Position numbers and translations under genes: made by a program | Shown here: one piece after another, positions 12,800 through 25,050 of the stretch | Numbering within the stretch: position 1 is the first letter of the stretch | Layout: each line of letters opens with the position of its first letter | Notes under the pieces: generated by a model | Told to the model about the DNA's origin: nothing | What the model saw: only the letters and a program-made list of their open reading frames with translations | Database searches by the model: none | NCBI RefSeq assembly: GCF_006345805.1 | Contig: NC_042997.1 | Location: 9,300,001 to 9,364,000 of the forward strand | From: Octopus sinensis | Lineage: Eukaryota | Direction of reading: 5' to 3' | DNA length: 64,000 nt

Positions 12800-13445
12800 A
12801 CACATATATACATACATAGTCCATACATACATATATACATACATAGTCCATACATACATATATACATACATAGTCCATACATACATATATACATACATAG
12901 TCCATACATACATATATACATACATAGTCCATACATACATATATACATACATAGTCCATACATACATATATACATACATAGTCCATACATACATATATAC
13001 ATACATAGTCCATACATACATATATACATACATAGTCCATACATACATATATACATACATAGTCCATACATACATATATACATACTAGTCCATACATACA
13101 TATATACATACATAGTCCATACATACATATTACATACATAGTCCTACATACATATATACATCCATAGTCCATACATACATATATACATACATATCCATAC
13201 ATACATATATACATACATAGTCCATACATACATATATACATACATAGTCCATACATACATATATACATACATAGTCCATACATACATATATACATACATA
13301 GTCCATACATACATATATACATACATAGTCCATACATACATATATACATACATAGTCCATACATACTTATATACATACATAGTCCATACATACATATATA
13401 CATACATAGTCCATACATACATATATACATACATAGTCCATACAT
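12800..13445. repeat. 27-bp minisatellite (CATACATAGTCCATACATACATATATA)n
   Basis: About 24 near-identical units; the 9-aa periodicity of the overlapping ORFs confirms a 27-bp unit. Confidence 0.92.
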
Positions 13446-13574
13446 ATATAGATATATATGTACATACATGGATGCATACATACATACACATATACACACG
13501 TGCATACACAAGTATTAAGAATTAATCTCAGTAAATATTTCTTATTCTTCAAAATACACTTTCTTCTTCTCCGC

Positions 13575-13610
<36 letters not shown>

Positions 13611-14390
13611 CCCCTCCCTCCTTTACTTTCACTTTCTTTCTCTTGCAACAAATTGTTGTTGCTATTTCTCTTATTTCTATACTTCAAAGTGGCTTATTTT
13701 TAATTTATGATCTTTCTCAGATTCTAAATTTAGTTAGATATGTTAATTACTATTTTTGATAGATATTCAGATAATGATCTGACTTAGTATTAAAAAAGAT
13801 TTCAGTTTTGGCTAAAATGAATTTTCAAAAGGAAGGAAACAAAATGAAATGAAATATATTGGTAGAAAGTTGTAATTTTGTTTGTTAGTTTATTAGTTTG
13901 TGTTTCAAATTATTATTCTTCTCCTCAGAAATATCCAAAATTAATATTGAATGTTTAGGTGATTTTTTCCATCTGTGTTATTATTCTTATTGCTATTGTT
14001 GAAAATGATGATTGTTTATATGATTAGTAATCAAATTAATGGTCCCTCTTCTTTTAACTGCTTACTGGCAGACAAAATATGTGAATTTTGATATTTTCTT
14101 TGTTGAGTTTTAATTAAAGTTTTGAGAAACAGAACAGGAAATATTTAAGTATTCTTTCATGTATAAATATAAGGTTGAAATTTATCTAAATTATGCAACT
14201 AATATAATGTAGCACATCATTGAAAGAATGGGGGAAATTATTGCATTTTTAATGTCCCTTAAGTTGACAATATGAACAGAAAGAGACGTAGAGAATTAAG
14301 AAATTGATAGAATTTGACAGCTTATCAAAGAAATTTAACATAAATTTGACAGCAGTAATTTTTATTTTTTAACTTCAACAACAATAACAA

Positions 14391-14486
14391 ATGAATAATG
14401 CAAAGACAGGTCCTCTATATGTTTGCCCTACTTGCCAAAAAGCAGTAACAAATTTTCCTCAAATTATGCACTATCATCTTCAAGAG
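14391..14486 (+). CDS. Candidate coding exon MNNAKTGPLYVCPTCQKAVTNFPQIMHYHLQE
   Basis: ATG after an in-frame stop, CxxC motif, strong donor GAG|GTAAGA; no recognised homologue. Confidence 0.25.
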
Positions 14487-15150
14487 GTAAGAAGAATACA
14501 TGATAATATAGTTCTGGAGAAGGTAGTGCCTTCAACACAGTTCATTCTGTTTCAAGTGTTAGGGCTGAGTTTTGCAGTTTGAGGATAACCCCCTTCTTCC
14601 TTCCATGGGTCATAAAGGCCCTGTAAGGACCCAGGCATGCTGTTCTCCTCCTGCTTCAAATATGAAAAAAAAAAAATGTAATTGTGTAGGTCATAGCTAG
14701 AAACCATTAACTGAATGTCATTCAGAAATTAACTAGATTTAAGCAACAAGAGTCACTAATAAAAACAAGTGTGCTATTATCACCATCATTTTTATGACTA
14801 ATTTCTTATACTGGCATGGGTTAGATGAAACTTACTGAGGCAAATGAGGCAAATGTTCTTCCTGTCAGCAACTGCTTCTTGTGTTTCAAATAAGACAATT
14901 TTCATTCCACTGGTCTACACTTGATTGCTGAACTATCAGACATTTGGTTATTAGAAAATATGAAACAATGTCACCATTTTAATCAAATGGTGTTAATAAG
15001 CACACACAGAATCAACATTTACACATATATACTTGCATGCATATACACACATGCATATACACACATGCATATGTATATATGTATGTATGCATTATGTATG
15101 CATATATGTATGTATGGATGCATGCAGATATGTATGTGTGTATATGTGTG

Positions 15151-15184
<34 letters not shown>

Positions 15185-15284
15185 TGTATGTGGTCTTCAC
15201 TGGTACATTCCACCAGTATTCCTTTTTATCATGTGTGGCTATGGCTTCTTATTTTTTTATTCTCAGGATTATTCTTCTGACAGA

Positions 15285-15800
15285 TTTCATTATAGAGTGT
15301 CCTAGCTACAACGTCATGTCTTAGCGGTAGATAATACCATAACGTTCAGATAACTGCTTATGATGTGGGTGATATCTTCAGTGTGACCTCCACAAAGTCT
15401 GCATCAGTTGTCACATCTTATGGCTTTTCCTGCATCTCTATCCCTTTTGTGCATCAGGTATTTGGTTGATATTTCCTGTTTCTGGATTGCAAAGATATAC
15501 CCTTTAAAACGGGAGGTAGTAATCTGGCTATTGGTCCATGATAAACAGCTTTGATGATCGATGTTACTATTATCATGGAGCTTTCTAGTAACATATCCAT
15601 GCATAGTCTCCTGCTCATATAGGCTCATCTTTTCATCTGATGATACATTGTGATAGAGTCGTGTGACTTCTTTGGGCATGTATTTAAGGTTCCCAGTCAA
15701 GGAATGTTGCTGAAGGGGCTGCCTTCCAAGTCTTATGATGTTATCAGCCTCATGTATACAAACTTGGTCAAGGGATGCACTTCAACACTTGGTGGTTAAA
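15285..15800 (-). mobile_element. R4/Dong-like (restriction-like endonuclease) non-LTR retrotransposon fragment
   Basis: FKGYIFAIQKQEISTKYL..*CRLCGGHTEDITHIISS..PLRHDVVARTLYNEI: zinc knuckle followed by the RHD motif of RLE elements. Confidence 0.75.
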
Positions 15801-16389
15801 AGATGTTGCTGAAGGGATATGATGTGATATTCAAAGAAATTTTTGATCCATGATAAGCCTCTTCAGCTTTGTTTGTATGTATGTATGTATGTATGTATGT
15901 ATGTATGTATGTATGTATGTATGTATGTATGTATGTCTGTCTGTATGTATGTATGAATGTATCTATGTCTGTATGTATGACTGTATGTATGTCTGATTGT
16001 CTGTCTGTCTGCCTGTATGTATGTATGTATGCATGTATGTAACAGGCTTCTGTAAGTTTCCATCTACCAATTCCACTCACAGAACATTGTTAGATGTTGC
16101 TCAATACACCATGCAATACAACTGAAGCTGAAAGTACATCATTGCAAAGTGATCTTGATAACCATGTAGCATCGTCTATATCTATATATATTAGATAATG
16201 TAGTGTAGGACTACATTGAAGACAAGATTGTTATGGTTGGAAGACTTTTGACGATAAGTCAAATAATGTTTGATTTAGAGTTGAATAAAAATAGTAACAG
16301 CAGGAACTACCAGACTGAGTTCAAAAATGTTTTGGATATTCACTGATAATTTTTTTGCAATTTGTATCTCGAAATCAAATTCGATAACT

Positions 16390-16799
16390 GGCATCCGTGC
16401 TAGTGGAGCACTAAGAGAACCATATGAGTGAGATCATTGCCAGAGCAACAAGCTGACCTCCGAGCCAATAACACATTAAAAACACCATTCATGCGTGATC
16501 GTTACCTGCATCACTTTACTAGCACTTGTGCTGGTGGCACGTAAAAAAACATTCGAGTGAGGTTGTTGCCAGTGCCGCTGGACTGGCTACTGTGCAGGTG
16601 GCACAAAAAAAGCACCATTTGAGCACCCACTACACTCTTGGAGTGGTTGGCGTTAGGAAGGGCATCCAGCTGAGGAAACTCTGCCAGATCAAGATTGGAG
16701 TCTGGTGCAGCCATCTGGTTCGCCAGACCTCAATCAAATCGTCCAACCCATGCTAGCAGGGAAAGCGGACGTTAAACGACGACGATGATGATGATGATG
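16390..16799 (+). mobile_element. RTE LINE 3' UTR fragment with (GAC/GAT)n tail
   Basis: Same family as 58940-59602. Confidence 0.8.
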
Positions 16800-16949
16800 T
16801 TATATCATTAATTTGATACTTGTTAACCAATAATTGCTGAATTGTTTTTTCTTTATTTTACAGCTTCAATAATAAATAGTGAAAAAATTTCAATTACAGG
16901 CATCTTATTCTGCCTTTGGAGAAAAGGATTGAACTTAAGAACAATGGCA

Positions 16950-17938
16950 AAAAAATTAATGACATGGAAGGCTAAGGAACTGTCAATGAACATGTGATAC
17001 AGAACTGATTCAGTGACATCAGCCTGAAAGAGAAACCAAGGTCAGGGAGACCTTCTGTCATGGAAGATGAGGTCTCGCTTAAAATGGTTGAAGAACAGCC
17101 AAGCACAAACAGTTGTCCAGTGTTGGCAGAAGTTGATCCTTCACAAAGCACCATCAGTCAACACCTCCATAAGCTCAGTTGTGAACAGACATTGTCAAGA
17201 AGCTCTTCATGAACTGACCAGTGACCAAGCTTAACAACGTGTGAACATTTACAGACAACTGCTGGCAAATCCTTGCGATGTCTCTTTTTGGCATTGAATC
17301 ATAACTGAGGATGTAAAACAGATCTATTTTTGTAATCATATGAAAACTCAGTAACTTCATTCCAGGCAGACTTCAGAACCTGTTATCAAACAAGAGCAGT
17401 TTGAACAGAAGGCCAAGTTGTTTAATTGGTGGAATTTTGAGTGGGTGTTGCACTTTGATCTTATCCTAGATGGTTATGCTGTAAACACTAACTTTTCTGC
17501 TCAACAACTCCAGTGTGTATATGATGCTTTGAAAATCCACTACCCAGCAATTGTCAGTCAAAGATGCACTCTTCTAGAGCATGACAATACCCCAGTAAAC
17601 ACTACCAATATAACCGAAAACAAACTCAAGGAACTTGAGGCGCTGGAAGTGCTGCCTCACCCTGCCTACAGTCCAGATCTTGCACCATCAGATTACCACC
17701 TTTTCTGAGCCATGGCTTATTTCCTGCATAGAGGGTTGTTCAACAATGTTGATGAGGTTGCAAAAGGGTGAAAGGAGATTTTTGCCTTTAAATCAGCCAA
17801 ATGGTATAGCTTCTGGCACAATAATAGAAAATAGAATAAGATGGAATATATTTTGGTGAATAAATACTTTTAATACGTAATTTATTTGAACTATTAATTA
17901 CAGCTTGAAATATGAAAAAACTTTTGACTCAACCTGGT
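16950..17938 (+). mobile_element. Decayed mariner (DD34D) transposon
   Basis: KEKPRSGRPS, IITEDVK, EHDNTP, HPAYSPDLAPSDYHLF; right TIR AAACTTTTGACTCAACCTGGTA. Confidence 0.88.
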
Positions 17939-18584
17939 AACAAACAAGTATCTGTGGATTTGTTTTTGACCTTGCCATTTGTGACCTGAAATTCCCATAT
18001 GGATATATTATTGTATTTCTACTTTCTCATTAAAGAAATCTACTTCTGCAAGACACTGACCTGCTTGAAATAGAAGTCAATTCTCTCAAATTACACCTAC
18101 TGTCTTAGAAATTAAGGACACATTAGATAATGCTATCTAATGTGCACAATGAACAGGGTAATCATTAACAGAATGTTGTTTGATCATAGATTTGTATGAT
18201 CATGGCTGACTCAGGGCTAAACACCAGAGAAGAAGAAAAAAAAGAAAATCATCTCTTACATACTATACTGGCTGACAAAGTTTATTACATTCATATAACT
18301 TTGATATCTAAGGTTGTCTGGTACCCCATTCTGGATAAGATTTATTTCTTAACATATTGCAAATTTGGAGTTATGCACTGATCGTTAAGATCTTAACATT
18401 AAAATCTGTGTTTGGTTTAATAGCCCCACCTGGTCCTCAAGTACTTTTGTAGAGTTTTCACTGCATAGCAAACATCTGGGCCAAGTCTCTAGTTCAAGAA
18501 TACATTACTCTCATCAGTATTGGAGGCTCTAAAAGGATAAACAATCATAGGCACTATTGTTTCCTTCCCAACTATCATCATCAT

Positions 18585-18730
18585 CATCATCATCATCATT
18601 ATTTAATGTCTGTTTTCTGTGCTAGCACGGTTTGGACAGTTTGACTGGGGTCTGGGAAGCCAGGAGGCTGCACCAGGCTCCAGTCTGATCTGGCAGTGTT
18701 TCTACAGCTGGATGCCCTTCCTAATGCCAA
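18585..18730 (-). mobile_element. RTE LINE 3' tail, short
   Basis: (CAT)n followed by the reverse complement of the tail. Confidence 0.75.
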
Positions 18731-18850
18731 GAGACTAGTATTTGACTCTCAAAGAATATTCCAGTAGTCTACACAGATCAATTCAATTAACTATGCCATA
18801 TATACCAAACATTTTTGTACTTTAGTTTTAAGCTTTTGTAAGAATCCAAC

Positions 18851-18903
18851 ATTTATAACTTCACAGAGTGTGTGTATGTCAAACACTCTGTGAAGTTATA
18901 AAT
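18851..18903. other. Perfect 21-bp stem, 11-nt loop hairpin
   Basis: ATTTATAACTTCACAGAGTGT / ACACTCTGTGAAGTTATAAAT. Confidence 0.9.
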
Positions 18904-19647
18904 ATTGTGGTGGTGGCATGGGAGGTAATTGTGCAAAAATTATAGAACTTTATAACTTCTATTTGCATTCAGAGTCCAGATTGTTTTTCCTGTTCTCTCT
19001 TTAATTCCTTTCAGTTGAATAGGATAAATAACTATTCAGCCTACAAGGGAACCAAGTTTCCCATTAAATCACAGCCTGACATCTTTAAAAAAGATTACAT
19101 TAAATAGGAGATTTATGATGCACCACTAACACACACACACACCCACACACACACATAAAAATGACTGGTTTGTCATGATTGGAATACATTTCATCGTAGG
19201 TGTGATCAGTCAAAACAGATTCAGGACTAAACAGCTGAAACAGCTAGAAGTGTCTATTGAAGATATTAGAGAGATGGGTTGATTCAGTCACCCATACTTT
19301 CCTCTGCATTACTTGGCTTTGCATTCAATCAAAGGAAATTAAAATTATCCATAATAGAAGAGCAATGAACAAATTATTTCAGAATATTTAATTTGCATCA
19401 TTTTATGAACTGAATTCAAATCCAGCTGAGTTTCATTTGCATTTCATCTTTCGATGATTGACACAATGTGTATTAGCCAATTAAATAATTTTCATTAAAT
19501 TGATTATATCATTTACCCAAAACTCAGCAACAAATTGGTAAACTCATTAGTATGTCAGATAGAATACTTATCAACTGTTTCAGCTGTGTGTTCAAGTTCT
19601 GTTGAGGTCAGCTTTGCTAATCAACGTATAAAGTTCAAGCATCTAGG

Positions 19648-19880
19648 GAGGTGTATGGTTTAGTGGTTAGGGTGTTGGACCCGTGATCATAAGATTGTGG
19701 TTTCAATTCCTGGACCAGGCGATGTGTTGCATTTTTAAGCAAAGCACTTCATTTCACATTGCTCTAGTTCACTCAACTGGCAAAAATGAGTAATCCTGCA
19801 ATGGACTGGTATCCCATCCAGGTGGGGATTATATAGGCCATGAAAATCAGGTTACTAGCCCTATGAGTCTATATGATTTG
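19648..19880 (+). mobile_element. Decayed tRNA-derived SINE with V-domain-like 3' part
   Basis: TGGTTTAGTGG..GGTTTCAATTCC head; CCTGCAATGGACTGGTATCCCATCCAGG; a related copy lies at 23848-24060. Confidence 0.65.
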
Positions 19881-20852
19881 GGAAGGAACTTTATTTTACT
19901 GCAAGGGTTCTGACTGAAACATCTTCCTCCTAACTGCAAAATAATTCATTCCACTTGTTTACTTTAATTAATTTAGAATTTAGCTTTGTTCCCCTACATT
20001 CAGAGTTTAACAACAAGACAGGATTAACTTTGTAGCTTTGCCTTTAATATTTTTATATTTGGTGAAATTTATATCAACCATTGTTCAGCCTTAAACTATC
20101 TCTGATCCATAACTTATGATAAAAAACATCTCAACCAGGACCATTTTGTATATTTTTATATATCAGTTTTTACTTTGTCCAGATTATTCTTTAATTTTTG
20201 ATATAATGGGATGTAATCTGAGGAATATTTGGCTGCTATTTCTAGCAGGTTTAATAACAACATATTCTCTATCACATGGGTTCAGTAGAGTTTCCTTTGT
20301 TGTCTCAATATAGGCTCCCACATTGGCTGGCAGAGGCAAAGCTTCTTCACTGGGTTAAACTGGCCATTTCCAATCAGAAGTGGATACTTGCCTTATTGGC
20401 TTGGCAGAGGCAGCATATGTGATTTTTTAGAGACAACCTCAATGGCTGGTAGTAGCTCTCTTTTTGACTTAGTAGAGGTTGTCTCTGAGGTTCTTTTACA
20501 CCGGTATTATATTGAGGTCCATTCAACTAACTCTGCACCACTCCATTAGAAGTTTACTGAAATGTGCTATTATAAGAAATCAATATTAGCCATAGTAACT
20601 ATCCATTCATAAAATATAACATGATTAAATGAATTCTATTCCACATAGTTGTAAATAATATATCTGCAGATAAAATAGCTATTTTCATCTCTCCTCATCT
20701 CTCTCACCTTCTCTCTCTGTCTCACTTTCTTTCTAGCATTGTGTTTTTACTTCTTTATTTAATTTTATTCATATTTAATTTTTATCTATTTGCAAGAATT
20801 CTCAATTTTCAACAATTTTCTGATTACTGCTTTTGGTTTCTTTGTTCTGCAG

Positions 20853-20912
20853 TGCTACACTTAATTTCTTTCTGTTTGGCTTATATCTGAGCAAATTAGT
20901 CAATTTTTACAA
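20853..20912 (+). CDS. Candidate exon xATLNFFLFGLYLSKLVNFY (hydrophobic helix)
   Basis: Acceptor TTTCTTTGTTCTGCAG, donor AA|GTAGGT, phase 2 to 2, open. Confidence 0.35.
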
Positions 20913-21259
20913 GTAGGTATGAAATACTGAAATATTTTCAAGAGGTAAATAGCATTACTTAAAGAGAAGATAGCTGATGGTTGAATGGTTCAGTTTTGCT
21001 ACTTGAATGCAAAATGGCTTATCAGGAAAACTTTAGTAATCAATCATAAACTCCTAATGAATTACATAACTATTTAGCATTCATAACACATCATTGTTTG
21101 CAAATCTATATTGTTCAGTTAGCAATGCAAAACTTGTGTTTCAGACGTGTGTGGAAAGTATTTTCATATATTGCCAAATATGAAATAATTTTAGAAATAA
21201 CGATCATTGAAAGAGATGAAGGATAAAATTTAACACGTGATATTTTTTTTATACTTTAG

Positions 21260-21338
21260 TCAGAAAGAAAGGCGGTGCAGTGCCCACGACTATCACAGAA
21301 CCAATGAGATTAATGAAAATGATATTTTAACAGAGCAG
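21260..21338 (+). CDS. Candidate exon QKERRCSAHDYHRTNEINENDILTEQ
   Basis: Acceptor TTTTTTATACTTTAG; locally GC-richer; phase-compatible with 20853-20912; weak donor CAG|GTTACT. Confidence 0.35.
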
Positions 21339-21384
21339 GTTACTGTTGCACCTCTAAATATTTAGCATTTATTCTTTTGTTTTT

Positions 21385-21870
21385 TTTTTTACTTGTTTCA
21401 GTTATTTGACTGCAGCCATGCTGGAGCACCACCTTCAAGGGTTTTAGTTACTCTTTACTCTTTACTCTTTTACTTGTTTCAGTCATTTGACTGCGGCCAT
21501 GCTGGAGCATTGCCTTTAGTCGAGCAAATCGACCCCAGGACTTATTCTTTGTAAGCTTAGTACTTATTCTATTGGTCTCTTTTGCTGAACCGCTAAGTTA
21601 CGGGAACGTAAACACACCAGCATCATTTGTCAAGTGATGTTGGGGGGACAAACACAGACACACAAACATATACACACGCACACACATATATACATATACA
21701 TATATACAACGAGCTTCTTTCAGTTTCCGTCTACCAAATCCACTCACAAGGTTTGGTCAGCCCGAGGGTATAGTAGAAGACACTTGCCCAAGTTGCCACG
21801 CAGTGGGACTGAAACCAGAACCATGTGGTTGGTAAGCAAGCTACTTACCACACAGCCACTCCTGCGCCTT
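21385..21870 (-). mobile_element. CORE-like SINE (family B) with duplicated tail
   Basis: Reverse complement of GGCGCAGGAGTGGCTGTGTGGTAAGTAGCTTGC..CTTGGGCAAGT..(AAAGAGT)n; a decayed second copy lies at ~21890-22170. Confidence 0.88.
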
Positions 21871-22247
21871 GAAGAAAATGAAGAAATCAACACCAGGACT
21901 CTTTTTTTAAACCTAGTACTTAACCTATTAGTTCCTTTTGTTGTCCTGATAAGATATGGGGCATAAACACACCAACACTGGCTATCAAATGGTGATGGCA
22001 GGGGACAAAAACAGACACAAAGACACACACACACATATATACATATATACAACAGGGCTCTTTCAGTTTCAATCTACCAAAATCCACCCACAAGGATATA
22101 GCAGAAGACACTTGCCCATATTGGGACTGAATCTGTGGTAGGGAAGCAAGCTTCTTACCACACAACTACGCCTTATGAATTTGTCAGTTTGACTGATTAT
22201 ATATATGTGTGTATATGTGTGTGTTGCATGAAACTCTCAGGCCTTAA

Positions 22248-22296
<49 letters not shown>

Positions 22297-22299
22297 GGG

Positions 22300-23640
22300 A
22301 ATAAATCTAAACTTACAGGGAAACATTAGATTTAGGATTAAATCCAATTTTATAGTATAAATATATTATATTATATTATATTAAATTAGAGATAAAACCA
22401 CTATTAGGCAATTCAAGCAGTGAAAAACATAAGCCAATACATAAAATTAATTTAAAAATATAAAAGTTAAAAATAAGAAATTATTTAAATAATTCAAACT
22501 TATAAATTTTATATATATATACAAATAGATATATATATGTATGTATGTATATTTTTATATTTATATATTATTTTAATTAATTAATTAATTAATTTTTTTT
22601 AATATCAAAAGTAGTAAAAGTTTAATAAAAGATAAAGAGTAAAACACTACGATCGTTTCATGGCTGTACCAATTCGAATATCACTAATTTAAATTCAATT
22701 AATAATTCAAGTTATGGTTACAGTCAATCTTCAGGTTAATTGAAATATTTTTTAAATAATCAGAAATATTTAAACAATATTTTTAAGATATAAATAATAT
22801 AATAATTTTACTTATAATAAACTCTATTATCAAACTAGAAACTTAAAACTTAACAATTATGATTATATCAAAATCGATTATAATGTTAAATATTAATTTT
22901 AATTTATAAGGTAAGAAACCCACCAATAATCTAATATCGGTTATAGTCTATATCTAATTACATAAATATTTTTTAAAAAATGACTATTATATATAAATTA
23001 TCAATGAAAATATATAAATGTATATAAATATTATAATTAAGATCTAAAATAATCTCTATAAATAAATATATATTCACATATAATAAAGACCTAATAAATT
23101 AATTTTTCAGATTTAAAGATGAAATAGCTAATTTCAAAAATACAAACAAACAAACTTAAATGAACTTTCGGAAATCTTATTTAAAATACTTATAGAAATA
23201 ATCAATTCGTAGTTATTTAGTATCGAATAAATATTATAAATACTATAAATATAATTATCAATGGAAATAACTAGCGAATATCAATTTAAAAAGACAATAA
23301 CTAAGTTATGCTATTAAGTTAGACATGGCCTGGACCAATCTTTAGTCGAAACATATCTAAGTTTATCAAAGTTTATCTAATTTTAATTATAAGAAAAAAT
23401 AAATAAATAAATAAATTAATTAATTAATTAAATTAATATATAAATATAAAATTATACATACATACATATATATATATATTTGTATATATATATAAAATTT
23501 ATAAGTTTAAATTATTTAAATAATTTCTTATTTTTAACTTTTATGTTTTTAAATTAATTTTATGTACTGGCTTATGTTTTTCACTGCTTGAATTGCCTAA
23601 CAGTAGTTTTATCTCTAATTTAATATAATATATATATACA
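22300..23640. mobile_element. Extremely AT-rich PLE-like element with ~230-bp terminal inverted arms
   Basis: 22375-22600 is inverted against 23405-23635; internal hammerhead; same family as 85-345. Confidence 0.6.
22641..22740 (-). ncRNA. Minimal hammerhead ribozyme (ACGATCGT family), stem I weakened
   Basis: Minus strand: AAC-CTGAAGA-TTGACTGT..ACAGCCAT-GAAACGATCGTA-GTG. Confidence 0.45.
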
Positions 23641-23770
23641 TATACAAATAATAATTATTTGTATTAATAATTTTTACTGTATCCCAGTTCTTATATGCTA
23701 GAACACTTGGTGTTTTAAATTGAAGTTATTAATTAATATTCAATTTTTTTCACCCTTATTGTGATTTTAA

Positions 23771-23810
<40 letters not shown>

Positions 23811-24239
23811 TCACAAACACACATACACATATGTATATATGTGGAAACATGTGCCTTAATGGTTAAGGCACTGCATCAATGATTGTAAGATTGTGATTTC
23901 GTTTCCTGAACCAAGTAATGTGTTGTGTTCTTGAGCAAGCACCTTATTTCATGTTGCTTCAGTTCACTCAGCTGGCAAAAATGCATAATCCTGCAACAGG
24001 CTGGTGTCTTATCCAGAGAATGAGTATATAAACTAGCTTTATGAGTCTATGGCCCAGAACTTTTTTTTGGGGGGGGGGGAGGACAATTTTTGTGTGTGTA
24101 TGTTGATTTATTGTGATTTAACTGGAGGAATAGCTTCAAAGTTTTCTTTATAACTTCATTTAGCTTTTGGCAGTATTTGAGCTTATCACCGAAAATAACT
24201 ATATTCTTCTTCTTTTACTTTTCTTTGACTAGTTTTTAG

Positions 24240-24361
24240 TTATTGGACAATGATCATTACTTTGGCACTGTCTACAAGAGTTTCAGATGCTTACATCAAC
24301 CCAGTATTTTATTTTATTTTGTTTGTTTATCGTATTTTAACAAATTTGTAAACGACAAAAG
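24240..24361 (+). CDS. Candidate exon LLDNDHYFGTVYKSFRCLHQPSILFYFVCLSYFNKFVNDK
   Basis: Long pyrimidine tract plus AG; 40 open codons; phase 0 to 2 fits its neighbours. Confidence 0.28.
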
Positions 24362-24478
24362 GTTAGGTAACCAAATGTAAATGGAAATCACTCAGAATAC
24401 AAAAAAATTTTGTTCTTTCTATGGTGATACACATCACACACAGGCACACACAGACACACACTCACACACATACACACA

Positions 24479-24547
<69 letters not shown>

Positions 24548-24619
24548 ACTAACTAGTTTCAGTGTACCTTATTTAAATTATTTACATTTGACAGATATCT
24601 GTCCTGATCTTGCTTGTTG

Positions 24620-24670
24620 TTAACACAACGTTTCGGCTGATATACCCTCCAGCTTTCATCAGATGTCCTG
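24620..24670 (-). ncRNA. Minimal hammerhead ribozyme (ACGT palindromic stem III)
   Basis: Minus strand: GGACAT-CTGATGA-AAGCTG-loop-CAGCC-GAAACGTT-GTGTT. Confidence 0.55.
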
Positions 24671-24837
24671 GGGAAATTTCGAACCTGGATCCTGATTTCT
24701 AAGTAATTTTTGATGATGTTATTATTATTATTATTATTATTATGATTATTATTATTATTATCCAGGAATAAAACTGGAATCAAACTGGAGGCTGGAGGGT
24801 ATATCAGCTAAAACGGTATATCAGTTAAGGCGGCGAG

Positions 24838-25050
24838 CTGGCAGAAACGTTAGCACGCCGGGCGAAATGCTTAGCGGTATTTTGTCTGCGTTACGTTGTG
24901 AGTTCAAATTCCGCCGAGGTCGACTTTGCCTTTCATCCTTTCGGGGTCGGTAAATTAAGTACCAGTTACGCACTGGGGTCGATGTAATCGACTTAATACC
25001 TATGTCTGTCCTTGTTTGTCCCCTCTGTGTTTAGCCCCTTGTGGGTAATA
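24838..25050 (+). mobile_element. Nin/Deu-domain-like SINE (family C)
   Basis: tRNA-like head with B box GAGTTCAAATTCC; GCCTTTCATCCTTTCGGGGTCGGTAAATTAAGTACCAG. Confidence 0.85.

Noticed and set aside
12800-13445. Regular repeat array as a CRISPR
   Set aside because: No unique spacers, eukaryotic context, no cas genes
554-15324. Many long ORFs rich in YI, HT, MYV, poly-I/L/Y (and similar ones throughout the window)
   Set aside because: They are translations of (AT)n, (AC)n, (TATG)n, (ATT)n and the 27-bp minisatellite, not genes
19015-19105. Exon after the strong-looking acceptor CCTTTCAG
   Set aside because: The sequence matches a dispersed decayed repeat also seen near 18060, 20220 and 50420
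20215-20520. ~50-codon minus-strand open frame with a GAGACAACCTC inverted repeat
   Set aside because: Overlaps the same dispersed repeat family; no protein motif recognised
22760-23300. Mitochondrial control-region insertion (numt)
   Set aside because: Only AT-richness supports it; no mitochondrial tRNA or gene sequence is adjacent, and the flanks are PLE-like arms
23321-23358. Functional hammerhead ribozyme
   Set aside because: GAAAC and a stem II trace are present but the CTGANGA core is not intact
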